Shown here: in pieces, positions 26,601-40,900 of the stretch
How positions within the stretch are numbered: position 1 is the stretch's first letter
Layout of the letters: every line of letters starts with the position of its first letter
Assembly (NCBI GenBank): GCA_002269645.1
Contig: NIVC01001275.1
Location: 1 to 64,000 of the forward strand
From: Macrostomum lignano
Taxonomy: Eukaryota
Direction of reading: 5' to 3'
DNA: 64,000 nt
Position numbers and translations under genes: made by a program
Notes under the pieces: generated by a model
What the model saw: the letters and a program-made list of their open reading frames with translations, nothing else
Told to the model about the DNA's origin: nothing
Databases searched by the model: none

Positions 26601-27012
26601 GACTGACTGACTGACTGACTGACTGACTGACTGACTGACTGACTGACTGACTGACTGATTGACTGACTGACACTATTTGACTGACTGACTGACTGACTGA
26701 CTGACTGACTGATTGACTGACTGACTGACTGACACTATTTGACTGACTGACTGACTGACTGACTGACTGACTGACTGACTGACTGACTGACTGACTGACT
26801 GACTGACACTATTTGACTGACTGACTGACTGACTGACTGACTGACTGACTGACTGACTGACTGACTGACACTATATGACTGACTGACTGACTGATTAACT
26901 GACTGACACTATTTGACTGACTGACTGACTGACTGACTGACTGATTGACTGACTGACTGACTGACACTATTTGACTGACTGACTGACTGACTGACTGACT
27001 GACTGACTGACT

Positions 27013-27046
<34 letters not shown>

Positions 27047-27907
27047 TTGACTGACTGACACTATTTGACTGACTGACTGACTGACTGACTGACTGACTGA
27101 TTGACTGACTGACTGACTGACTGACTGATTGACTGACTGACACTATTTGACTGACTGACTGACTGACTGATTGACTGACTGACTGACTGACTGACTGATT
27201 GACTGACTGACACTATTTGACTGACTGACTGACTGACTGACTGATTGACTGACTGACACTATTTGACTGACTGACTGACTGACTGATTGACTGACTGACT
27301 GACTGACTGACTGACTGACTGACTGACACTATTTGACTGACTGACTGACTGACTGACTGACTGATTGACTGACTGACTGACTGACACTATTTGACTGACT
27401 GACTGACTGACTGACTGACTGACTGACTGACTGACTGACTGACTGACTGACTGACTGACTGACTGACTGATTGACTGACTGACACTATTTGACTGACTGA
27501 CTGACTGACTGACTGACTGACTGATTGACTGACTGACTGACTGACACTATTTGACTGACTGACTGACTGACTGACTGACTGACTGACTGACTGACTGACT
27601 GACTGACACTATTTGACTGACTGACTGACTGACTGACTGACTGACTGACTGACTGACTGACTGACTGACTGACTGACACTATATGACTGACTGACTGACT
27701 GATTAACTGACTGACACTATTTGACTGACTGACTGACTGACTGACTGACTGACTGACTGACTGACTGACTGACTGACTGACTGACTGACTGACTGACTGA
27801 CTGACTGACTGACTGACTGACTGACTGACTGACTGACTGACTGACTGACTGACTGACTGACTGACTGACTGACTGACTGACTGACTGACTGACTGACTGA
27901 CTGACTG
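20640..27907. repeat. 7.3-kb (GACT)n satellite punctuated by GACACTATTT / GATTAACT variant units
   Basis: Directly visible; source of all SVSQ-type ORFs. Confidence 0.98.
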
Positions 27908-28935
27908 GCATCAGACCAGTTTGAAGACCATGCATTTTTCACAAAGTTATTCAACACCGTTTCATTAAATTCGTGGTGAAAATACGAGCTAACATACTTA
28001 ATTATTTGGTAAATATGCATATTTCAAGCAGTTTTATCAACTAGTTTGACTCATCTGCTTGGCTCCCCCACCCACCCACGAACAGCCTGTCGCTCGGTGA
28101 GCTTAAAAAATTCAGAGACAGAGGCGAGGCAGCCCCTGCTTCAACCAAAAGACCGCAGTGGCCGTCTCAGCCCACCATACAAGGAATATCTGTAGGAAGT
28201 GCTTAGTTGAGGCAGTGGGAGGCCACAGCACAGCAGGCTGCACAGCGCATAGCGACTCTCCCCAATAACAATTCTCCCACAGTGGCAGACTGCGCGGTGG
28301 CTTCTGCTCCGCATGCAACCAGCAGTTTTTTTTCACTCTCGCAGCCCAGCTCTGCAGCTGAAAATTTCGCGTCCACGCGAATGGAACTTCGATTATCGAT
28401 TCGAGTTTTCTTTTGGAAGGAGGCGGGTGTAGAGAGGGTGGTGGGTGGGGGGTTACTGCGCAGAGAGAAGGAGCAAAATCATTGAAGGCGAACTGAAGGC
28501 AGCAATGTCTTTGGGAGGAAAACCTTGAGCTTGCTGACTGACTGAGTCTCCGGTCTGGTGGGTGGGTGAGGTTGGTTCTTTTTCCTGCTGGTAGCAAAGC
28601 GAGATCGGGCTGTGGTGGCTCGGATGGCCCGGTAGCGCCCTCCCTCCTCGCCCGCCCGTCCCCCGGAGCCGCAGCGCTGCAACGCCAACCAGTGGCCGCG
28701 GCGCTCGCTGACTGTCCGGTTCTTCAGGCCAGCCCCGCTCTGGCCTTGGCGCATTGAAAGCAGCAAAATAAGCTGACACTGAGAAGGGAGCGAACACGCA
28801 GAGACAGAGACAGAGAGGACAGGAGGATATCGCAAGCGGCTACTTCCCGATCTCTCCAGCCTCCCTGTTCCAGGTAAATTTTTCCCGAGCGACAACAGCA
28901 ACCGGGGGAGACTGTCAGGAAGTCACGGCTCGCTA

Positions 28936-31900
28936 ATGGCCTGTCGATTCCGGATTTTTGCAGCCTCGCTGCTGCTAATCGGTGAGTTCAACCTGGTGCC
29001 GTGTGCAGTTCCGCTTCTGAGGCTCTGTTGACGTCCGTTGGGGATTTTTTATACCTTTTGACATTACATGCACTCCTAAAGACCAGTGCGGACCATTTGC
29101 GACTCTTGGAGGACAGGAGATTTTTTTAGACATTAGATGACCATTAAATAACCATCTGTGACCTCTGGGAATCATTGAGAATCATAGAAGATCATTGGAG
29201 ACCATTGGGGAAAATTTTGGACCATTGGGCACCATGGGAGACCATTGGAGGCCATTGGGGAAAATTTGGGACCATTGGGCACCATGGGAGACCATTGGAG
29301 ACCATTGGGCACTGTGGGAGACCATTGGGGACCATTGGAGACCTTTGGGGACCATTGGGGACCTTTGGGGACCATTGGGGACCATTGGGGACCATTGGGG
29401 ACCATTGGGCACTGTGGGAGACCATTGAGGACCTTTGGGGACCTTTGGGGACCTTTGGGGACCTTTGGGGACCTTTGGGGACCTTTGGGGACCTTTGGGG
29501 ACCTTTGGGGACCTTTGGGGACCTTTGGGGACCTTTGGGGACCTTTGGGGACCTTTGGGGACCTTTGGGGACCTTTGGGGACCTTTGGGGACCTTTGGGG
29601 ACCTTTGGGGACCATTGGGGACCATTGGAGACCATTGGGCACCGCGGGAGACCATTGGGGACCATTGGGGACCATTGGGAACCATTGGTGACCATTGGGA
29701 ACCGAGGGAGACCATTGGGGACCATTGGGGACCATTGGGGACCATTGGGGACCATTGGAGACCATTGGGCACCGCGGGAGACCATGAGAGACCATTAAAG
29801 TAGTCCGTTAAAGCGATCTACTTTACCACCAGAGTTTTGTAAAAAAAACTTTCGCCGAATCATTTTGTTCAGTAATTTTCGAGTCTCTAAGCTGCCATGC
29901 CAGCGATGAGCCGACTCTGCGCGAGCTGATGGAGCAGGACCTGAAGGCCAAGCAGCAGGCCGAGCTGGGACTGTCGCCTACGCCTACGGCCGAGTCGTCT
30001 GGCAAGAAGGCGGCCACGACGGCTGCCAGCTCATCGGATGACAAGTGAGAGACTGCAGCATCCGCTTGCTGGGATTATTTGGGCAGCAACTGCTTGCAGT
30101 AATGCTCACACGATGTTCCATAGCAGGGGCAGGCAAACTCCGGCTCCGTGAAACTTCACGGATTGAATAGCAATCCGGCCCGCTTAAAGTTTCTGTCTCG
30201 TATCAGCCCCCTATTCTTTTTTCTCCTCTCTCCTCTCTCCTCTCATCTCCCCTCTCCTCTCTCCCTCCTCTCTCCTCTCTACCTCCTCTCTCTTCTTTCC
30301 CTCCTCTCTCATCTCGTCTCTCCTCTCCTCTCCTCTCTCCCCTTTTCTCTCTCCCCTCCTTTCCTTTTCCTCTCCTCTTTCCTCTCTCCCCTAGTTGTTC
30401 CTTGTTCCTTGAGTTCCCCTAGTACTTGTTCCTTCCATGATTAAAACAAACTACCGCGCTCCCTTACCATCCAACTCGCCTCGAGTCAGAGTGCTCACTC
30501 CAGCTCGTCTCGAATCAGAGTGCTCACTCCAACTCACTCGTCTCGAATCAGGGTGCTCACTCCATCTTGTTTTGAATCAGAGTGCTCACTCCAACTCACT
30601 CGTCTCGAATCATAGTGCTCAATCCAACTGGTCTCGAATCAGAGTGCTTACTCCAACTCACTCGTCTCGAATCAGAGTGCTCAATCCAACTGGTCTCGAA
30701 TCAGAGTGCTCACTCCAACTCACTCGTCTCGAATCAGAGTGCTCACTCCAACTCACTCGTCTCAAATCATAGTGCTCACTGCAGCTTATATTGAATCAGA
30801 GTGCTCACTCCAACTGGTCTCGAATCAGAGTGCTCACTCTAACTCACTCGTCTCGAATCAGAGTGCTCACTCCAACTCACTCGTCTCGAATCAGAGTGCT
30901 CACTCTAACTCAATCGTCTCGAATCTGAGTGCTCACTCCAACTGGTCTTGAATCAGAGTGCTCACTCCAACTGGTCTCGAATCAGAGTGCTCACTCCAAC
31001 TGGTCTCGAATCAGAGTGCTCACTCCAACTGGTCTCGAATCAGAGTGCTCACTCCAACTCACTCGTCTCGAATCAGAGTGCTCACTCAGAAGCTGAGTAG
31101 CTGCTCCAACCCATCTCTAAGCAGGGTTACGGCTTACTGCTCAACTTCACTTGGAGTCTGAATGTCTGCTTTAACTCACCTCAATGCTGCGTCTTTGTTT
31201 CAACTCTCCGGTCGTGCCAGCTACACCAACTATCACTGTGGCTTCGCTTTTTCAGGAAAGGCAAAAAAGACAAGAGTAAAAAGGGAAAGAAAGATGAAAA
31301 GAAGGACAAGAAGGACAAGAAAGATGACAAGAAGGACAAGAAGGACAAGAAGGACAAGAAAGATGACAAGAAGGACAAGAAAGATGACAAGAAGGACAAG
31401 AAAGATGACAAGAAGGACAAGAAAGATGACAAGAAGGACAAGAAGAAGAAAAAGAAGGCCGCCGCAGCTGTGGCCAGCCACCAAGAGATGGCGGCCCAGG
31501 CGCAGCACCAGGCGCCGGTTAAGCAGAGCGGCGGCTCGGCTCCCAGCGGTGCCACCCTCGGCACCTCCGCCATGATCGGCATCGGCGTTGGCGTCGGCGT
31601 CGCCTGCCTGGTGGCCGTCGGCTCCGTTATCGGTGTGCTGGTGCACCTCAGGTGAGACTATTTGGTGCCAGTTGGCAGGGGAGCATTTGGCAAACCTTCT
31701 GGTGAAGCTTCGTGCACGAGGTAAAAATGAATGCGGACGCTCATGGAATCGAACCCCGGGTAACTTTGATTCGAGAGTTGACCGCAGAGCTGCTCTGACG
31801 TCTTGTGCAGGGTTTCAGATGTAATTATCCAACTGAGGGACTTATGACAATTCGTAGATAATTTTTTAACGCATCGGTGATACTTAACATATTTGGTGAG

Positions 31901-34085
31901 CCGTGTGGTTATTTTGGAGCGATCCGGGACACTTAGGCAAATCCTCAGACACAGTTTGATACTTCAGCATGCAGACAGGCAGTGCTAGTGGTGGGAATGC
32001 CCGAAGTGCCCGACAACTGCAACCGACTCCCCAGTTCAGTGCAGCAATCGATCGATTCTTCTCTAGCAAGAAGTTGCTGCTTGCAACCATGCAGGGACAG
32101 CAAAGTAGCCCAGTGCTGTCTCTCCAGCGCCCAAGTTGCTTCTTCTAGAAATGCCTTCCTCAATTCTGCCTGTTGTTTAACTTGCTGCCGAAGCCAACTG
32201 GGGTGGGGAGTCGGTGCGGTAGTTTGCTAGCAGATAGCAGCTTGACTCGGCAAGACAGGGAATGCCTATTTGGCTGCTGCGTAGTCTTTTTGAAGACTAC
32301 AATGCTTTACAAGATTGCTGCAAGATGACCAAAGGAGGAGCGGAGTAAAGCAGGAACGGTTCGGTTGAGTTGGAGACACTCGTATCTGTTGCAGGAACGG
32401 TTTAACCAGAGTTGGAGACACTCCTATCTGTTGCAGGAACGGTTTAACCAGAGTTGGTCACACTCGTATCTGTTGCAGGAACGGTTTAACCAGAGTTGGT
32501 CACACTCGTATCTGTTGCAGGAACGGTTTAACCAGAGTTGGTCACACTCGTATCTGTTGCAGGAACGGTTTAACCAGAGTTGGTCACACTCGTATCTGTT
32601 GCAGGAACGGTTTAACCAGAGTTGGTCACACTCGTATCTGTTGCAGGAACGGTTTAGCCAGAGTTGGTCACACTCCTATCTGTTGCAGGAACGGTTTAAC
32701 CAGAGTTGGTCACACTCGTATCTGTTGCAGGAACGGTTTAACCAGAGTTGGTCACACTCCTATCTGTTGCAGGAACGGTTTAGCCAGAGTTGGTCACACT
32801 CCTATCTGTTGCAGGAACGGTTTAGCCAGAGTTGGTCACACTCGTATCTGTTGCAGGAACGGTTTAACCAGAGTTGGTCACACTCGTATCTGTTGCAGGA
32901 ACGGTTTAGCCAGAGTTGGTCACACTCCTATCTGTTGCAGGAACGGTTTAACCAGAGTTGGTCACACTCGTATCTGTTGCAGGAACGGTTTAACCAGAGT
33001 TGGTCACACTCCTATCTGTTGCAGGAACGGTTTAGCCAGAGTTGGATACACTCGTATCTGTTGCAGGAACTGTTTGGCCAGAGTTGGTCACACTCGTATC
33101 TGTTGCAGGAACGGTTCGGTTGAGTTGGAGACACTCGTATCTGTTGCAGGAACGGTTTAACCAGAGTTGGTCACACTCGTATCTGTTGCAGGAACGGTTT
33201 AACCAGAGTTGGTCACACTCGTATCTGTTGCAGGAACGGTTTAGCCAGAGTTGGTCACACTCCTATCTGTTGCAGGAACGGTTTAACCAGAGTTGGTCAC
33301 ACTCGTATCTGTTGCAGGAACGGTTTAACCAGAGTTGGTCACACTCCTATCTGTTGCAGGAACGGTTTAGCCAGAGTTGGATACACTCGTATCTGTTGCA
33401 GGAACTGTTTGGCCAGAGTTGGTCACACTCGTATCTGTTGCAGGAACTGTTTGGCCAGAGTTGGTCACACTCGTATCTGTTGCAGGAACTGTTTGGCCAG
33501 AGTTGGTCACACTCGTATCTGTTGCAGGAACTGTTTGGCCAGAGTTGGTCACACTCGTATCTGTTGCAGGAACGGTTTGGTTAGAGTTGGTCACACTGGT
33601 ATCTGTTGCAGGAACGGTTTGGTTAGAGTTGGTCACACTCGTATCTGTTGCAGGAACGGTTTGGTTAGAGTTGGTCACACTCGTATCTGTTGCAGGAACG
33701 GTTTGGTTAGAGTTGGTCACACTCGTATCTGTTGCAGGAACTGTTTGGCCAGAGTTGGTCACACTCGTATCTGTTGCAGGAAATGTTTGGCCAGAGTTGG
33801 TCACACTCGTATCTGTTGCAGGAACGGTTTGGTTAGAGTTGGTCACACTGGTATCTGTTGCAGGAACGGTTTGGTTAGAGTTGGTCACACTGGTATCTGT
33901 TGCAGGAATGGTTTGGTTGGAGTTGGTGACACCCTAGACAGAAAAATACCAATAGGTTCATATCGCTCATCCCGAACTAGTCTTCATTCAGTTCAAGAGC
34001 CCAAACCGAACCACCCCATCGCAGAAGGCGCAAGGGCAAAGCGTCCCAGCTGGAGAAGCAGAAGACCTACGGCGGCACCGAGTAA
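28936..34085 (+). CDS. Small type I membrane protein with a Lys/Asp (KKD) repeat ectodomain; join(28936..28981,29873..30044,31256..31651,34025..34085), 224 aa
   Basis: GT..AG introns with phases 1,2,2 give 675 nt in frame. Signal peptide MACRFRIFAASLLLI|VIFESLSCHA, then SDEPTLRELMEQDLKAKQQAELG, about 68 residues almost entirely K/D, TM MIGIGVGVGVACLVAVGSVIGVLV, and tail HLRRRKGKASQLEKQKTYGGTE*. The last exon is the least certain, because an in-frame TGA follows HLR if the 31652 donor is not used. Confidence 0.78.
29195..29800. repeat. 10-bp minisatellite (GGGACCATTG / GGGACCTTTG), intron 1 of the KKD gene
   Basis: About 60 units. Confidence 0.93.
30200..31090. repeat. CT-rich tract (30200-30400) plus a 29/34-bp minisatellite (TCGAATCAGAGTGCTCACTCCAAC[TCACTCGTC|TGGTC]), intron 2 of the KKD gene
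   Basis: About 19 copies of two unit variants. Confidence 0.9.
32350..33935. repeat. 42-bp minisatellite (CCAGAGTTGGTCACACTCGTATCTGTTGCAGGAACGGTTTAA), intron 3 of the KKD gene
   Basis: About 37 copies; the 14-aa period in the ORF track confirms a 42-bp unit. Confidence 0.95.
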
Positions 34086-35719
34086 GAGCATGTTGTCGGC
34101 AGCCGATCGGCGGTTGAAGCTTCCAGCAGAACACTGAATCAATTAAGAATGCTTGGTGTAGTGGTCCTATAATTTTGCTCTCTGTTTTAATCCTCTTTTT
34201 TTCTAATATTCTTACTTTTCGCTGTAGTTCTAGTGCACGGGGTACCAAAGTGTGCAGAAGTGTTTGATGTTGCCCTTTTTGCATGTGTACCAGTATGATA
34301 TGTATGACTCTAATCTTCCTAAACCTGACAAGCTGTTCGATAGTTTCCGATGGAGAATCGGTTTCTCAAACTTCTACATTTTTTTTCAACATTGGACTGT
34401 CTTGTAAAATCGCTTTTTTGAGGGGGGAGCATGCAGCGCACAGCTGTTGGAGAGGACTGGTGACTTCCCAGATCGGTCGAGTGCGTGCTACATATCGGCA
34501 ATAGCAATGAGCAGTGCGAGAACCGGCGCCAAGAGATCGAATTAACCCAACTGATCAACTGACCTCTTTTTCTCTTGGTTTTCGTCACTACTATTTCTTT
34601 AGTTTTCTTTTAGTCGCACCGACAAACTGATGTTTATCAATAGAGTATCGCTAACGCCATCGCCTCATCCTACAGTACAGCGTCCCAAGCGAAACTACGT
34701 ACGGTTCATCGAGTTCGCTTTTGTTTTGAAAAAAACAGTTTCTTTTATTTATTTGTTTATCTAACCGATTTGAGCTGTCAAAGTTTAACTTGTATATTGC
34801 GCTTACCGACTGTTCTGCGTTCCCCAGAGAGACTGCATAAGCTGAGTGCCTTAGGACCAACTTTTTTAACTTTATTTTCTGTTATAATTTTTATTTCTGC
34901 TGCTATATATTAATCTGCTTTTAACCTGGTGGCTGGAAAGACTGACAGACTGACTTTTGCCTCCCCCCCCCCAAAAAAACCCACTTTCCTTGCGTTAATT
35001 CAACCGTTAGTAAGTGCGCCTGCAATGAAGCAGTTAGCAGAGTCTGCGCCATTGCCGTGTTTAGCCTGATCGACAGAGACGTCGGATACCCAACCTGCAA
35101 TTGGTGTGCGCTGCAGTGTCCCCCCCCCTATGCGAGACTTAAAACACTTTAAATGGCCGCAAAGTAAAATTTGGTGTTGGGTTGACGGGGTGGTTAAGTA
35201 GTAACATTACCAATTATAAAATGACACTATCACGCGGGGCATCCAAGGGCTGCTGCGAATGTTTGTCAATCAAATTGAAACTGGCTCTCTTTTGTCGGAG
35301 TAGTTTTTTTAAGCAATACATTTTTTGTCGGAAGTAAAATCCCAAATAGTCTACTGATGATAGCCGTACCAGTAGTTTAGCTTGCGTTTTGTATTGATTT
35401 CGTCGAGTCAGCATTGTCATGGAGATTTTTCTGGCACAGTGGCTATCTAATGATAGCTTTATAACGATGCAAGCGCCGATAGACAAACTACTCAGCTGTT
35501 CTTTCAAGATTTCCAGCTCTACAAAACAGGGAGAGAGAGACGAACAGACGTTTCAACTGTTGCTATTTTTCATCATTTTTGCTATCCGGGCTCCAATTTC
35601 GAGTTGGACACAAGAAAATAAACCGAGAAGTTATAGTCAGTTTTTAATGGGTTATATTTATTAGTGTGTAACAAAAAAGTCATCTTCAGAAATTTCATCA
35701 ACACTTGGCCTTAGACACC

Positions 35720-35925
35720 AGACACTAGACACCAGACACTAGACACTAGACACCAGACACTAGACACCAGACACTAGACACTAGACACCAGACACTAGAC
35801 ACTAGATACTAGACACTAGACACTAGACACTAGACACTAGACACTAGACACTAGACACTAGACACTAGACACTAGACACTAGACACTAGACACTAGACAC
35901 TAGACACTAGACACTAGATACTTTC
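35720..35925. repeat. 7-bp (AGACACT)n repeat
   Basis: About 29 copies. Confidence 0.93.
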
Positions 35926-35982
35926 CATAGACACTTACCCATAGATACTATACTATTTAAACATCATAGCCCCATCCAGTAG

Positions 35983-37220
<1,238 letters not shown>

Positions 37221-37664
37221 CTTTGGCTGCCTACAATAAAGAGTTCTCAGAACGAATCCTCAGACTCCTTGGTATTATATCCCCAGTCCAGCAGCGTCTC
37301 ACCGTCACCATAAGATTCTCTGTCGTAACAATAAATAATTTAACCGTTGCATTTCTTAGGCAAACCCTTGGTTTGCTTGAGTTTGAGTTTGAGACATGAA
37401 TTATGCAATACTTGAGATCCATTCCTTTGTATGCGGAGACGCCCACTCTCTCTCTGGTACTGCGATGCTGCTGAGAAGATATTGGAGGCTGAGCTGGGTC
37501 AAAACTGCCTACGAGACTTGCCTCACCAAGCACTGCACTTGGTTTATAACTCAAAATCATCGCTTCTGTTTTCACCTTCTCTATGGGGGTTTAGGGCTTA
37601 AATACTGACACTGGAATCTGCTGCACCTCACATGCCAGGATAAAACAGATGTAGAACGCAGTTT

Positions 37665-38240
37665 ACCATTCCCCATGAGCCTTAAGCATCTCACAGCCAT
37701 TCCCCATGAGCCTTGAGCATCTCTCAGCCATTCCCCATGAGCCTTGAGCATCTCACAGCAATTCCCCATGAGCCTTGAGAATCTCTCAGCCATTCCCCAT
37801 GAGCCTTGAGCATCTCACAGCAATTCCCCATGAGCCTTGAGCATCTCAAAGCAATTCCCCATCAGCCTTAAGCATCTCACAGCCATTCCCCATGAGCCTT
37901 GAGCATCTCACAGCAATTCCCCATGAGCCTTGAGCATCTCACAGCAATTCCCCATGAGCCTTGAGCATCTCTCAGCCATTCCCCATGAGCCTTGAGCATC
38001 TCACAGCCATTACCCATGAGCCTTGAGCATCTCACAGCAATTCCCCATGAGCCTTGAGCATCTCACAGCAATTCCCCATGAGCCTTGAGCATCTCACAGC
38101 AATTCCCCATGAGCCTTAAGCATCTCTCAGCCATTCCCCATGAGCCTTGAGCATCTCTCAGCCATTCCCCATGAGCCTTGAGCATCTCTCAGCCATTCCC
38201 TAAGAGCCTTGAGTATCTCTCAGCCATTCCCCATGAGCGT
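37665..38240. repeat. 31-bp minisatellite (GAGCCTTGAGCATCTCACAGCAATTCCCCAT)
   Basis: About 18 copies. Confidence 0.93.
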
Positions 38241-39084
38241 TGCCATTTTAAGGCTTTCTACTGCTTCATTAGGAATTGAAAAGTTCATTTCTTGAATATC
38301 AAATAATATGAAGATGGAGCTCCCTATTCCAGCATGAGGGAGAAAAAAATCGATATTGGAAAGTTCCAATATAATAATCATATTTGCCAGCAAATACCCT
38401 ATGAAAATTCTGGCATTTTGGTTATTTTTCTCCAATCCAAATCAACTCCGGTCGCATCAATCACGCAGCTGCGGCTGTCTGTTCTTGAGAACTTTTTCCC
38501 AGAATCTTTTGGGCAGGAGGGGCACGAAAATCAGGATGCTGGTGTCTGCGGCCTTCCCTGCTGCCCCCCAAGCTCCATACTTTTATCATGCTGCTCAGCC
38601 AGACTGACCCTGGATTTGTCTGGCGCAGGCCCAGCCTGAGCAATTTGTCACCTTCACTCTGAAGTATATGCAGTTATCCAGCTGTGCCCATTTTCCCCTA
38701 ATGGGAGTTTCGCATCACTCCGTGAGACATTGATAACATCGGAGAATTATGTTCGAGTCATTTCGAGCTTCACTTGCTGCGTTTCTATTCCCAGCACCTC
38801 ATTCAGAGAATTCCTTGTCAAACTTTTTAAATACGCATTGCAATTCGTGCTTGAGTCCTCTGATTTTCGGTTTGAAGTCGGCTAATTTAAAAAAATGAAC
38901 CAAACATCAATCAGAAATCCGTTGGTTAGATAACATGAAAATTTGTGTTCCCCCCCAAACTGGGACACTGCAGCTGGCTTTGAACTGCTGGACTGTGAAA
39001 TTAGCAATTCACTTGCTAAATTTATTCGTTTCCAAGTTGCCAGTTAATCACAAGTTGCGAGCTGACCCAGTCTGCTTTAGTAAG

Positions 39085-40225
39085 CCTATGTCACCAATCC
39101 TACTGTCACTAATCCTGCTGTCACTAATCCTGCTGTCACTAATCCTACTGTCACTAATCCTAATGTCACCAATCCTACTGTCACCAATCCTACTGTCACC
39201 AATCCTACTGTCACCAACCCTACTGTCACGAATCCTACTGTCACCAATCCTACTGTCACCAATCCTACTGTCACTAATCCTGCTGTCACTAATCCTACTG
39301 TCACCAATCCTACTGTCACCAATCTTACTGTCACCAATCCTACTGTCACCAATCCTACTGTCACCAACCCTACTGTCACCAATCCTACTGTCACCAATCC
39401 TACTGTCACTAATCTTGCTGGCACTAATCCCATTGTCACCAATCCTACTGTCACCAATCCTACTGTAACTAATCCTACTGTCACCAATCCTACTGTCACC
39501 AATCCTACTGTCACTAATCTTACTGTCACCAATCCTACTGTCACCAATCCTACTGTCACTAATCCTGCTGTCACTAATCCTGCTGTCACTAATCCTGCTG
39601 TCACTAATCCTACTGTCACCAATCCTACTGTCACCAATCTTACTGTCACCAATCCTACTGTCACCAATCCTACTGTCACCAACCCTACTGTCACCAATCC
39701 TACTGTCACCAATCCTACTGTCACTAATCTTGCTGGCACTAATCCCATTGTCACCAATCCTACTGTCACCAATCCTACTGTAACTAATCCTACTGTCACC
39801 AATCCTACTGTCACTAATCCTACTGTCACCAATCCTACTGTCACCAATCCTACTGTCACCAATCCTACTGTAACTAATCCTACTGTCACCAATCCTACTG
39901 TCACCAATCCTACTGTCACCAATCCTACTGTCACCAATCCTACTGTCACGAATCCTACTGTCACCAATCCTACTGTCACTAATCCTACTGTCACCAATCC
40001 TACTGTCACCAATCCTACTGTCACCAATCCTACTGTCACCAATCCTACTGTCACCAATCCTACTGTCACCAATCCTACTGTCACCAATCCTACTGTCACT
40101 AATCCTACTGTCACCAATCTTTCTGTCACTAATCCTACTGTTACTAATCCTAATGTCACTAATCCTGCTGGCACTAATCCCATTGTCACCAATCCTACTG
40201 TCACTAATCCTACTGTCACCATTTT
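39085..40225. repeat. 15-bp minisatellite (TGTCACCAATCCTAC)
   Basis: About 75 copies; source of the GDSRI, VTVGL and LLSPI ORFs. Confidence 0.95.
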
Positions 40226-40900
40226 CGTTGTGATGAATCCTGTCATGAACCAATCTAATTGTCATTAGATATACGCACTATTAATCTGTAAAACCACCGA
40301 CGTCTAAGCATTTAAAGAGCACCAATATAAATTTGACAGAAAAGCAACGGGTTAACATGTAGCTTCCAAGTATATTTTAAATTATGGAGAGTGTCAGAGC
40401 TTAACTCTCTTTGACAGGTATCGTGGCGCAAGATAGCCATCTTTTATATTCATAAGGTTGCTAGCGACTGCGAAGTTTCCTTAGAAATGGGGAAAAGTCA
40501 GGTGAGCATGGACCTCCGTTATATAAAAGTTTAGTAGTACTTAATCTTAAGTAGTCTGTGCATTTCCTTAATATTTTAGTATGTTAAATTACAACTTTTA
40601 GGGTACACTGAAATTTTACAAAAATCTCAATTAAACTGATAAAAAGTATTTTATTATGTTACAATGAGATAGCTATATACGAGCGTGTGTGTCCCGCTTG
40701 AACTTCATTTATTCTGGAATCTCGATTGGGTATCTGGAATCTTGATTGAGTATCTGGAATCTTGATTGAGTATCTGGAATCTTGATTGAGTATGTGGAAT
40801 CTCGATTGGGTATGTGGAATCTCGGTTTGATATCTACAATATCAGTAGGTATGAGGAATCTCGATTAGATATCTGGAGTCTTGACTGGATCTTCGAGTTT

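Noticed and set aside
20255-28930. Downstream Frizzled 7TM exon that would make the CRD gene a full receptor
   Set aside because: No hydrophobic Frizzled TM motifs or KTxxxW were found in the non-repeat sequence after the CRD; splicing to a more distant exon cannot be fully excluded.
29172-29803. Collagen-like or CTD-like Pro/Gly repeat ORFs (PQRSPKVPKG; GTFGDLWGPL)
   Set aside because: Translation of a 10-bp intronic minisatellite; no Gly-X-Y register or signal peptide.
39048-40265. 405-aa GDSRI and 386-aa VTVGL repeat proteins
   Set aside because: A 15-bp unit open in multiple frames, with no flanking domain, splice support or plausible start context.
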